Assembly (NCBI GenBank): GCA_964291395.2
Contig: OZ219856.1
Span: 896,001-960,000, forward strand
DNA from: Alphaproteobacteria bacterium
GTDB taxonomy: Bacteria > Pseudomonadota > Alphaproteobacteria > UBA2966
Direction: 5' to 3'
Length of the DNA: 64,000 bases
In this document: positions 10,147-18,830 of the stretch, one piece after another
Layout: the number at the start of each line of letters is the position of its first letter
How positions within the stretch are numbered: the stretch's first letter is position 1
The notes under the pieces: generated by a model
Seen by the model: the letters and a program-made list of their open reading frames with translations, nothing else
What the model was told of the DNA's origin: nothing
Databases searched by the model: none
Position numbers and translations under genes: made by a program

Positions 10147-12333
10147 TTATGCCGTTCGCAAGTCCTGGGAGCGTTCGGTCGCTTCCAACAGGGTGGCAGC
10201 GCATCGGCGGAGGCTGTCGTCGGCGGCCGCTTCGAACTGCTGGCCGACGGAGAGGCCGTTGCCCCCGTTGGTGCGACCGGTTTCACGGGCACGGGACCCG
10301 TTGGCCTTGACCTCGCCGACCACGGTGACGCCACCGCCGTTCCGTTCGTGGCTCAATATCTCAAAGCTCCAGGCGGAACCGAACGTCTCGTGCAGCCGAC
10401 GGACGATCTGTGAGAGGTCGGGTTCTGCCCGTGGGGGCGCCGGAGAAAGTGAAGCAGCCGGCGATGGTTTGGGTGTCTCGACGGCGGCCGGCGCGGGACC
10501 CGGTGTCGGTTCGGGTGGCTGTGCCGCAGATGCTGCAGCGGACGCCGGAGCAACTTCGGCAGTGCTGGGCGATGTCCGCATGTCGCGGCGCAGGGCTTCC
10601 GTCTCCGGCTCATTGACCGTTTCCGACGCCGGATCGATAACCACGCCGTAGGCCTGCCGGGCGTGCTCCAAGGTGCAGAAGTCGTCGAGGACGTCCTCCA
10701 GCACCTCGGCCGGGGGTCGGTCGAGCGGGTCGCCATATCCGCCGCCGCACGGGCCATAGAACACGTGCACGTCTCCGGCTTGCAGCCGCATTCCGGAGAA
10801 CTTCGCCGGCATCTCCCTGCGCTCGCTCGGATTGCCGATATTGAACAGCTCGACGCGCCCCGTGGCGCCTTCATGACCGCCGAAAATGCCCCAGGGCACG
10901 TCCTCGTGACGCTCGTTCTCGTGAGTGATGAAGCCATCCGTCAGCATGCGTTGTTCCTTGACGCATCCGATGCCGCCGCGGTACCGGCCTGCGCCGGGCA
11001 TGACGTCGTCGCGCAACTCGTAGCGATCGCAGATCATGGGCAGATGGACGGCCAGGTCCTCCAGCGGGTTGTTGCGTGTGTTGGCCATCAAGTTGTCGAT
11101 GCTGTCGGGACCGTCGGAGCGCGGCCGCCCGCCATAGGAACCTTCGTTGACCTCCAGGAACACCCAGTAGTCGCCGCTGGGCCGGACGCCGGAGTAGGCG
11201 ACGAAAGAGAGACTTGCGGAGCTTCCCGCGATGATGTCGTCGGGCAGGACGGGCGCCAGCGCCTTGTAGATCAGGTCGATCACCCGGTTGATCTGGGCGA
11301 AGCGCGCTTCCGCGGCGGCGGGGAACTCGGGGTTGTAGATCGATCCCTTTGGCGCGAAGACGTTGATCGGCCGGAACGACCCCTGATTGGAGGGCACCTT
11401 GATCTCCGACGTCTCGGCATCCAGGAGGAGCGATCGAATGGCGCAGAAGCAAGCCACCTTCGTCGATCCCTCGAAAGGAACGTTGAAACCGGTCTCGACC
11501 TGGTCGGCGGAGCCCGTGAGATCGATCTCGATGCCGTCGCCCTTCACCCGCACGCAGACCTTGATGGGCAGGCGTACTCCGCGGTTCTTGCCGTCGTCGT
11601 CCAGGAAACCCTCGGCATGGTATTCGCCATCGGGGATGGCCGCGATGCGCTGGCGCAGGACGCGTTCGGTATAGTCCATGAGCTGGCGGGTGGCGGTGAG
11701 AACCGTGTCCTTGCCGTAGCGATCGAGGAGTTCCCCGAAGCGGCGTACACCCAGGCGCGCCGAAGCGATCTGGGCTTCCAGGTCGGCTTGCAGTTCGTTC
11801 GCCGCGCGGCTGTTGCGGCCGATGTACTCCCACAGGGCGTCGTTACGCTCGCCCTCCTCATAGAGCTTGGTGCCGGCGAACAGCATGCCTTCGGCATAGA
11901 CGTCCGGAATGTCGATGATCAGCCCCGGCGTGGCCGCCCCGATGTCGAGGTGGTGGGCGGTGTTGGCGGCGAAACCGACATGCTCGCCTTTGTAGAAGAT
12001 GGGGATGACGATGGCGATGTCGGGCGAGTGGCTGGCACCGTGGTAGGGATGGTTGTGGATCACCACGTCGCCGTCGTTCCACACGCCACCCTGCAGCGTC
12101 TCGGCGATACCTTCCAGGTAACCGGGGATGGAACCGATGTGGAGCGGCGTCGACTCCGATTCGCAAAGCGTGTTGAATTCCGTGTCGAATAGGCCGGCGC
12201 CAAGGTCCTGCGATTCCCGGATGATCGAGGAGAACGACATGCGGAAGAGAATGTGCCCCATCTCCTCCGCGATCGTATCGAGTGCGCCGCTGATCACCTG
12301 CAGCGTGATGGGATCGAGTTCTTGGTCAGGCAT
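10147..12333 (-). CDS. hyuB: Hydantoinase B/oxoprolinase (N-methylhydantoinase B) with Pro/Ala linker and C-terminal Rad52/22-like domain
   Basis: DPITLQVI, SFSSIIRESQD, NHPYHGASHSPD, HHLDIG, GAGRYRGG, GGGYGDP; extra about 140 aa at the C-terminus. Confidence 0.9.
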   Translation of the reverse strand: MPDQELDPITLQVISGALDTIAEEMGHILFRMSFSSIIRESQDLGAGLFDTEFNTLCESESTPLHIGSIPGYLEGIAETLQGGVWNDGDVVIHNHPYHGASHSPDIAIVIPIFYKGEHVGFAANTAHHLDIGAATPGLIIDIPDVYAEGMLFAGTKLYEEGERNDALWEYIGRNSRAANELQADLEAQIASARLGVRRFGELLDRYGKDTVLTATRQLMDYTERVLRQRIAAIPDGEYHAEGFLDDDGKNRGVRLPIKVCVRVKGDGIEIDLTGSADQVETGFNVPFEGSTKVACFCAIRSLLLDAETSEIKVPSNQGSFRPINVFAPKGSIYNPEFPAAAEARFAQINRVIDLIYKALAPVLPDDIIAGSSASLSFVAYSGVRPSGDYWVFLEVNEGSYGGRPRSDGPDSIDNLMANTRNNPLEDLAVHLPMICDRYELRDDVMPGAGRYRGGIGCVKEQRMLTDGFITHENERHEDVPWGIFGGHEGATGRVELFNIGNPSERREMPAKFSGMRLQAGDVHVFYGPCGGGYGDPLDRPPAEVLEDVLDDFCTLEHARQAYGVVIDPASETVNEPETEALRRDMRTSPSTAEVAPASAAASAAQPPEPTPGPAPAAVETPKPSPAASLSPAPPRAEPDLSQIVRRLHETFGSAWSFEILSHERNGGGVTVVGEVKANGSRARETGRTNGGNGLSVGQQFEAAADDSLRRCAATLLEATERSQDLRTA

Positions 12334-12369
12334 CGTTTCGTTCTGCTCCCGATTGGGCCGGCGCCACTC

Positions 12370-14445
12370 CTAATTCGGGCCGCGAATGTGGAGGTTGCCG
12401 TATTCCGTCACGTCCGCCCGGTAGTCGGGCGGCACCACGACCGTTGAGTTGTGCTGGATGATCACGGCGGGGCCGGGAACGCAGTGTCCGGCCCTGAGTT
12501 CTCCGCGGTCGTAGCGCGGCGTTTCCAACGTCCGGCCGTCGTCGAATGTCGTCTCGCGGTCGTAAAGCAAGGCGGCATCGATTCCCACGCCGTTGGCTTC
12601 CTCGAGTCGGGCGACTTTCAGCGGGGTAACGTTCTCGAGGCCGATCACCCTCACGGTGATCAGCTCCACCTCGCCGTCATCGAAGGCGTAGCCGTAATCG
12701 AGGCGATGCTGCTGGTGAAAGCTCGCGATGATGTCCTTGACGTTGTCCATCGTAACGTCGCCGTCGGGGATATCCGCGCGCAGCTCGAAGCCCTGGCCGT
12801 GGTACCGGCACTCGGCAAATCTAAGAAATTTCTGACGTTCGGACGGTACGCCGTCATTCTCGAGATCGGACCGGCATTCGGCGACGAGATCATTGACGAG
12901 TGCGTTGAACCGCCGCGTCGCTTCGCCGTCGATCTTTGTCAGCGACGTCACCAGGGATCGGGCGTGCTCGTACTGCATGTCGGTTTCCAGAAGCCCCATA
13001 GCCGCCGTGATCCCCGGCGCGACAGGCACGATGATGTCCTTGGCCGAGACCGCCTGTGCCAAAGCGACGCCGTGCAGCGGACCGGCCCCTCCGAACGGAA
13101 CGAGCGAGAACTCCCGCGGATCGACGCCCCGTGCCACGGAATTGGAGCGGATCGCGAGCGCCATGTTGGAATTGATGACCTTGATGATCCCGAGAGCCGC
13201 ATCGGTCAGGGAGAGTCCCAGCGGCCCTGCAATCTTCGTCTCGATGGCCCGTCTTGCGAGATCCGGGTCGATGGGCAGATCGCCGCCCAGCAGCTTGTCG
13301 GCGTCGAGCCGGCCCAGCACGACTTGGGCGTCCGTAACGGTGGGCTCCGTGCCTCCGCGGCCATAGCAGGCAGGGCCGGGGTCGGCACCCGCGGAGCGCG
13401 GGCCGACGTGGAACCCACCTGCCGAATCAATGTAGGCGATGGACCCGCCTCCAGCGCCAATGGTCACCAGGTCGATCATGGGAATCAGGATCGGGTGGCC
13501 GCTGACGTAAGAGTCTCGCGGGTTCATGATCTTGATGCGCCCGTCGGGTATGGTGCTGATATCGGCGGAGGTGCCGCCGATATCCACCGTGATCAGGTTG
13601 TCGCTCCCCGCGAGCTGGCCCTCCGACCGCCCGCCGATGACGCCACCAGCCGGCCCCGACATCAGCATGCTGACGGCGCGCTTGGAACACGTTTCCACGG
13701 TCGAGATGCCACCGTTAGATTGGATGACGCGGAGGTTGGCACGGAATCCATTCTCCGCCAGTCGCCGCTGAAGGCGCGTCAAATAGACCGTCGTTTTCGG
13801 TCCGATGAAGGCATTCATCGCCGCCGTCGAGAACCGCTCGAATTCCCGGATCACGTTGACGACCTCGGACGACGTACAGACGAAGGCATCGGGCATTTCG
13901 CGTTCGACGATGGCCTTGGCCCGCTTCTCGTGGGCATCGTTGAGGAACGAGAACATGAAGCCGATGATCACCGAGGCGATGCCGCGCTTTTTGAAGCGTG
14001 CGATCGCCTCCATGACCTCGTTCTCGTGGATCGGCACCTCGACGCGGCCGTCCGGCGGCAGGATTCGCTCGGTCACCGACACTCGGTTGCGGCGCTTGAC
14101 GAGGACCCGGTTTTGCCATGGCACCTCGAAATGGAGTGAGAAGTTATGCGGCCGCTTGTGTCGGCCGATGTGGAGAATGTCGCGGTAATTCCGCGTCGTG
14201 ATCATGCCGACGTCGGCACCGTTGTGCTCGATGGTGATGTTGGTCGCGACCGTGGTGCCGTGGACGATCAGGTCCACGTCCGAAGGCGAAATACCCCCGA
14301 TTTCGCAGAGTTCCTCGAGTCCTTTGAGGACGCCCTCCGATTGATCCTGCGGTGTGCTGACGACCTTGTGGAAGAAGACGCCGTGGTCGGCCTCGAGCAC
14401 GAGGTCCGTGTTCGTTCCGCCGACGTCGACACCGATTCTGGCCAT
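12370..14445 (-). CDS. hyuA: Hydantoinase A/oxoprolinase (N-methylhydantoinase A, ATP-binding)
   Basis: IGVDVGGTNTD, HGTTVATN, SGPAGG, DIGGTSAD, GAGGGSIA, SAGADPGPACY, FGGAGPLH. Confidence 0.93.
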   Translation of the reverse strand: MARIGVDVGGTNTDLVLEADHGVFFHKVVSTPQDQSEGVLKGLEELCEIGGISPSDVDLIVHGTTVATNITIEHNGADVGMITTRNYRDILHIGRHKRPHNFSLHFEVPWQNRVLVKRRNRVSVTERILPPDGRVEVPIHENEVMEAIARFKKRGIASVIIGFMFSFLNDAHEKRAKAIVEREMPDAFVCTSSEVVNVIREFERFSTAAMNAFIGPKTTVYLTRLQRRLAENGFRANLRVIQSNGGISTVETCSKRAVSMLMSGPAGGVIGGRSEGQLAGSDNLITVDIGGTSADISTIPDGRIKIMNPRDSYVSGHPILIPMIDLVTIGAGGGSIAYIDSAGGFHVGPRSAGADPGPACYGRGGTEPTVTDAQVVLGRLDADKLLGGDLPIDPDLARRAIETKIAGPLGLSLTDAALGIIKVINSNMALAIRSNSVARGVDPREFSLVPFGGAGPLHGVALAQAVSAKDIIVPVAPGITAAMGLLETDMQYEHARSLVTSLTKIDGEATRRFNALVNDLVAECRSDLENDGVPSERQKFLRFAECRYHGQGFELRADIPDGDVTMDNVKDIIASFHQQHRLDYGYAFDDGEVELITVRVIGLENVTPLKVARLEEANGVGIDAALLYDRETTFDDGRTLETPRYDRGELRAGHCVPGPAVIIQHNSTVVVPPDYRADVTEYGNLHIRGPN

Positions 14446-14461
14446 ATCCGGCGATACCTCT

Positions 14462-15181
14462 TCAGCCGGTCAGGCGCTCGTCCGGAAAGCGGGCGTTCGC
14501 CACGTCGCGCGCCTCCAGAGCGTCGAGGTATTCCAGAACGCGGTCCAAGGGCTCCACATCTCCGAACTTGGCGTCGATGTCGAACAGGTTCCACTCGACG
14601 ACACCGGCGACTCGGTCGCCCACTGCCTCGTGCACGACGATGGGACGAAATCCCTCGGCAATGGCGTCCTCCGTCGTGTGGCGAACGCATCCCGCCATGG
14701 TGACGCCGGTGATGATCACCGTGTCGACCCCCAAGGAACGGAGGAATCCGGCGAGAAAGGTACCGTGGAAGGCGCTGGCGCGCTTCTTGTAGATCACCTG
14801 CTCACCTGGCTCGGGCGCGATGCGGTCGTCGATCTCGCAGTCCTTCGACCCCAGTTGGAGCAATTCCGCCGGGATTTTATGGTGCCACAGCCCCATGTCC
14901 GAATTCGGCCCGTCCGTTACCGCATAGGCCGTCGACGTGTACACCACGGGAACGTTCTTCGCGCGGGAGGCCTTCAACAGTTCCCGCACCGCTGGAATGA
15001 TCACGTCCATGTTCTCGCAGGAGAACGCGTTGCCGGGGCGCGTCCAGGCATTGGCGAGATCTATGTTGATCAGGGCGGGACGTTTGCCAAACCCGATTCG
15101 CCGTTGAAACCCGCGGTTTTGGTATATTTCCGAATCTGCGGAGAAGATCTTTTGCAGCGCCTCTTGCAGTTCGTCGCTCAT
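14462..15181 (-). CDS. N-carbamoylsarcosine amidohydrolase (isochorismatase-like cysteine hydrolase)
   Basis: IY..RGF.RRIG.G.RPA...IDLANAWT.PG, DMGLW..KIP, K.RASAF.GT, AGCVRHT.EDAIA.GFRP, W.LFDIDAKFGDV recall the Arthrobacter CSHase (from memory); Asp-Lys-Cys triad present. Confidence 0.85.
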   Translation of the reverse strand: MSDELQEALQKIFSADSEIYQNRGFQRRIGFGKRPALINIDLANAWTRPGNAFSCENMDVIIPAVRELLKASRAKNVPVVYTSTAYAVTDGPNSDMGLWHHKIPAELLQLGSKDCEIDDRIAPEPGEQVIYKKRASAFHGTFLAGFLRSLGVDTVIITGVTMAGCVRHTTEDAIAEGFRPIVVHEAVGDRVAGVVEWNLFDIDAKFGDVEPLDRVLEYLDALEARDVANARFPDERLTG

Positions 15182-15225
15182 CGTGTGCGATCCTCCCGGT
15201 TGCGGGGATCGAGGCTAGCACTGGC

Positions 15226-15246
15226 TCCGAATCGAGTCGATTCGGA
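15226..15246. promoter_or_regulatory. Perfect 21-bp palindrome, candidate operator of the CSHase-hyuAB operon
   Basis: TCCGAATCGA-G-TCGATTCGGA, 45-65 nt upstream of the CSHase start. Confidence 0.45.
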
Positions 15247-15271
15247 TGAACCCGACTGGAGCCCGCGGGCC

Positions 15272-15589
15272 TTAGTGCGCGGTCCGCTTACCGTCCCGGT
15301 CGGGCGAGAGAAGCGCAAACATGATCTGTTCGGCCTGCGGCATGACGTCGGCCGTGGTCTTGGCCTCCATCGATGCGTGAATCCAATCGTCTGCCAGATG
15401 GCGCGGCGCGCCTGCCGCCAGACAGAGCGTGTGAACGAGGCACTCCATCGCCGCTAGGCGGGCGCTCAGCGATGTGTGCCGGCGGGACAGATCGACCTGT
15501 TCCTTGACGATCTTCGATGTCAGGTCGGACCAGTCGTCCATGCGCAGCTCGAGTTCCTTCACGCGCTCCGCGAGTTCTGCATCGGGCAT
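15272..15589 (-). CDS. Small hypothetical coiled-coil protein
   Basis: ATG preceded by SD GGGAG; heptad-like N-terminal half. Confidence 0.55.
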   Translation of the reverse strand: MPDAELAERVKELELRMDDWSDLTSKIVKEQVDLSRRHTSLSARLAAMECLVHTLCLAAGAPRHLADDWIHASMEAKTTADVMPQAEQIMFALLSPDRDGKRTAH

Positions 15590-15910
15590 GTTTGTCTCCC
15601 GGTGGAAATGTCAGCCTAGCCTAGCGGCTTGCCAGTGGCCCGTCATGATGGTGAGACTGTGATTTCAGCCGGGGTTCTTGATCCTCGATCGGCCGTGGTC
15701 TTGGCCTCCATCGATGCGTGAATCCAATCGTCTGCCTGATGGCGCGGCGCGCCTGCCGCCAGACAGAGCGTGTGAACGAGGCGAGTACCATCGCCGCTCG
15801 CTCAGCGATGTTGAGGTGTCAGGTCGGACCACGTCGTCCATTGTTTGTCTCCAGGTGGAAATGTCAGCCTAGCCTAGCGGATCTGAGCCCGTCATGATGG
15901 TGGACTGTGA
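15348..15910. repeat. Degenerate tandem direct duplication (copy 1 15348-15662; copy 2 15689-15910 with internal deletions)
   Basis: About 90 nt near-identical from TCGGCCGTGGTCTTGGCCTCCATCG, then collinear shared blocks (CGCTCAGCGATG, TGTCAGGTCGGACCA, GGTGGAAATGTCAGCCTAGCCTAGCGG, CCCGTCATGATGGTG). Confidence 0.9.
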
Positions 15911-16085
15911 ACCTGCTTGCGCTCGGAGAGGGTTGAGTAACGGAAGCATGTGAGCAGGTCGTCGAGGTCGTTTCTCAGGCAAAACTTGTCGGAAGATCGA
16001 GCTTACTGCTCGCGAGGAGGTTGACTTCCGGTCGGTAAGGAGACGCCGCGGCGCTCTGCTCGCCAGGCAGGGGGTTCACGACACG

Positions 16086-17057
16086 ATGAGAACGCGCACA
16101 CTGACATCGATCGCCATTGCCGCCGCGGTCATTGCAGCGCCCGGCGTCGCGCCTGCTCAGTCCGGGTTCCCGTCGGGACCGATCACGATGATCGTTTCTG
16201 CGCCGCCACGGGACAATTTGACCTCCATCCACCGGGAACTCGCGGACATCGCCGGGGCCGAACTCGGCGTGGAGATCAAGGTCGAAAACAAGCCGGGCAG
16301 TGGTGGCCGCGAAGGTGTTGAAGCGCTCATCGCGGCGGCGCCGGACGGGCACACGATCGCTGCCGTCTGGAACGCGCCGTTGACCATCGCGCCGCACACG
16401 GGCGCGGCGTCATACACCATCGGCGATATCGTGCCGATCATGCGAACGACGGCTGGTGCACCTTTGGTCGTTTGCGTGCATCCGGGGTTCCGGGCGGACG
16501 ACAGCGATGACTTCGTCGATCACGTTGAAGACAACCCTGGCAAATACAGCTATGGCACCGATGGTCCCGGAGGGATCGTCGAACTTGCCGGAGGTCGGTT
16601 GTTCCGACCCCTGGGCCTCGATCTGAAACCCGTCGCCTTTGATGGATCGGCCGGCGTGCTGAGAGGCTTCTTGGGACGCAAGTCAGATATCTACATCGGC
16701 GGCGTCGCGGGCATTATCGGGCAGACGAAGGAGGGATATGCGAAATGCCTGTTCTCCACATCCGAGGATCCGCCGATGCGCTTTCGGGACTTGGATACGC
16801 TCGACGACCTGGATCTGGAGGATCAGGCGACGCACGTGTGGTGGGCACTGGTCGCGCCCAAGGGAACGCCGCCCGAAAGGATCGAGGTGCTGGCCAGCGC
16901 ATTCCGAAAAGCTGCCGGCGTGGATCAGTTCAAGTATTTCACGAGGCGGCGGTATGAGAACGTTGCGGCTGGAACGCCTGAAGAACTCGCCGATTTGATC
17001 AAGGCCGAGAGCGATACGTTTGCGGGAGTCGTGAAGGAGATCGGTCTCGCGAAATGA
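16086..17057 (+). CDS. Tripartite tricarboxylate transporter substrate-binding protein (Bug/TctC family), divergent
   Basis: Signal peptide; FPSGPITMIV, VENKPGSGG, APDGHTI, APKGTP motifs. Confidence 0.85.
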   Translation: MRTRTLTSIAIAAAVIAAPGVAPAQSGFPSGPITMIVSAPPRDNLTSIHRELADIAGAELGVEIKVENKPGSGGREGVEALIAAAPDGHTIAAVWNAPLTIAPHTGAASYTIGDIVPIMRTTAGAPLVVCVHPGFRADDSDDFVDHVEDNPGKYSYGTDGPGGIVELAGGRLFRPLGLDLKPVAFDGSAGVLRGFLGRKSDIYIGGVAGIIGQTKEGYAKCLFSTSEDPPMRFRDLDTLDDLDLEDQATHVWWALVAPKGTPPERIEVLASAFRKAAGVDQFKYFTRRRYENVAAGTPEELADLIKAESDTFAGVVKEIGLAK

Positions 17058-17091
17058 GAGGGTCGCCCCGTGACCGGGAACGAGTGACCGC

Positions 17092-18684
17092 TTACGTCGC
17101 TGACCGCTCGTCCGGAGTGCCGTACCCTCCGCCGCCGCCCGTCTCGCCGATGAGGATGTCGCCGCGGTCAAGCGTGTGGCTGGCTTTCGAGCCCACGGCA
17201 ATCTCCTCGCCGTTCCGCTTCAACAGACGTGTCCGGGCGCTCGCGCCCGGTTTCCCACCGAACGCGCCGTCCGACGGGAAGCGGTAGCGATCCGAGTAAT
17301 GGGCCAGAGTCACGTCGTCGGCCAGGATCTCGTAACGCCGGCGGAGTCCCTCCCCACCCCGCAAGCGTCCGGCGCCTCCCGAGCCGGAGCGAATGGCGTA
17401 TTCGGTCACTCGGAAGAAGTCGTACCTCTGGTCGAGGGCTTCAACGGGGATGTTGCTGCAATTCGAGAGCGGGCCGTCTACCCCGTCGCAGCCGTGGGAC
17501 CGGGGTCCCGCCCCGTAGCCGCCGCCGAAGATCTCGATGTAGATGTTGTGGCTACCGTTCGCGAAGCGGCTCAAGCAAAGTGAATAGGGAGTACCAAACC
17601 CCGTCGCGATGACTCGATCGGGGATGGCCTTGGCGAGGGCCTTGATCACCGCGTCGAACGTTCGCGAAGCGGTGACCGATCGGCCTCGGACCGGAACCGG
17701 AGGTTCTGGGTTGAGGATCGAGCCGCGCGGCGCGGAGACGCCGATGGGCCGGGTCAGGCCATCGTTGAACGGAACGTCGGGGGAACTCGTCACTGTCTTG
17801 ACGGCGGTATATACCGCGGCGAGCGTAGACGCATATGGACAGTTCAGATTGAGCAGGATCTGCTGCGCACTGCCCGCGAGGTCGACCGAGATTTCATCCT
17901 CCGACACCGAGACCGTGGCCTTGATGGGCAAAGGGTCTTCGTTAACGCCGTCGTCATCGACGGCATCCTCGCCGACGTAGACGCCGTCTGGCACGTCCGC
18001 AAGGGCCGCGCGCATCCTACGCTCCGAGTAGTCGAGATGCGCATCCATGACTGACGTTACGGTGTCCGCGCCATAGCGCGCGCAAAGTTGACGGACACGT
18101 CCGGCGCCGACGGCATTGGCGGCAAACTGCGCGTTGAAGTCCCCGATCGTCAATTCCGGGACGCGGATGTTGGCGGTAATCAGTCGTTCCAAAGATCCCC
18201 CGTTCCAGTCGTGCGCCATGTTGTAGCGCGATGGCGGGATAATTAGCCCTTCCTGGTGTATGTCCGTGGCATTCGGGTTCATTCCCGGTGCGCCGCCGCC
18301 GAGGTCAAGGTGGTGGGCGACGCTGCCGCTGAACCCGATCAGAGTTTCTTCGAAAAAGATCGGGGAGAATATGTACACGTCAGGCAGATGCTGACCCCCC
18401 TCGAAAGGGCTGTTGTTGATGTAGAAGTCGCCTTCATCCAACTCTTCGGGGGGAACGACGGCGGCGCAGGCTTTGAAAGTTTCACCGATGGGGCCAAGCT
18501 GCAGGGGGATCAGCTCGGCTTGCGCCACGACTCTGCCGCGGCGGTCCAGGATGGCCGCCGATCCGTCCCTGGCCTCGCGTAGAATTGTTGAATAAGCCGA
18601 ACGGATGAGCTTGGCGCCCATCTCGCGGGCCGACGCGATCAATCCCTGGCTGATGACGGCCTGATCGATTGGATCAACCTTCAC
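17092..18684 (-). CDS. Second hydantoinase B/oxoprolinase family protein
   Basis: VDPID, SAYSTILREARD, GGQHLPD, HHLDLGG, GGGGGYG; probable GTG start at 18684. Confidence 0.88.
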   Translation of the reverse strand: MKVDPIDQAVISQGLIASAREMGAKLIRSAYSTILREARDGSAAILDRRGRVVAQAELIPLQLGPIGETFKACAAVVPPEELDEGDFYINNSPFEGGQHLPDVYIFSPIFFEETLIGFSGSVAHHLDLGGGAPGMNPNATDIHQEGLIIPPSRYNMAHDWNGGSLERLITANIRVPELTIGDFNAQFAANAVGAGRVRQLCARYGADTVTSVMDAHLDYSERRMRAALADVPDGVYVGEDAVDDDGVNEDPLPIKATVSVSEDEISVDLAGSAQQILLNLNCPYASTLAAVYTAVKTVTSSPDVPFNDGLTRPIGVSAPRGSILNPEPPVPVRGRSVTASRTFDAVIKALAKAIPDRVIATGFGTPYSLCLSRFANGSHNIYIEIFGGGYGAGPRSHGCDGVDGPLSNCSNIPVEALDQRYDFFRVTEYAIRSGSGGAGRLRGGEGLRRRYEILADDVTLAHYSDRYRFPSDGAFGGKPGASARTRLLKRNGEEIAVGSKASHTLDRGDILIGETGGGGGYGTPDERSAT

Positions 18685-18830
18685 GTCCCGATCCCCACGC
18701 GGTTCGAATGACCGAGGTTGATATATCGATTGTGTCCGAAACCGTCCATCGGGGGTACGCACGAGAGCGGATTGCTGCGATACTCGACGGCAGTTGACCC
18801 GTACATTCAGGACGTTCGTAGGATAGCAGG

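Noticed and set aside
15348-15910. Diversity-generating retroelement TR/VR pair
   Set aside because: Differences are mostly deletions, not adenine-specific substitutions, and no reverse transcriptase is present.
18794-18824. Promoter TTGACC...TAGGAT before the MmgE/PrpD gene
   Set aside because: The 19-nt spacer is atypical; cannot be supported without TSS data.
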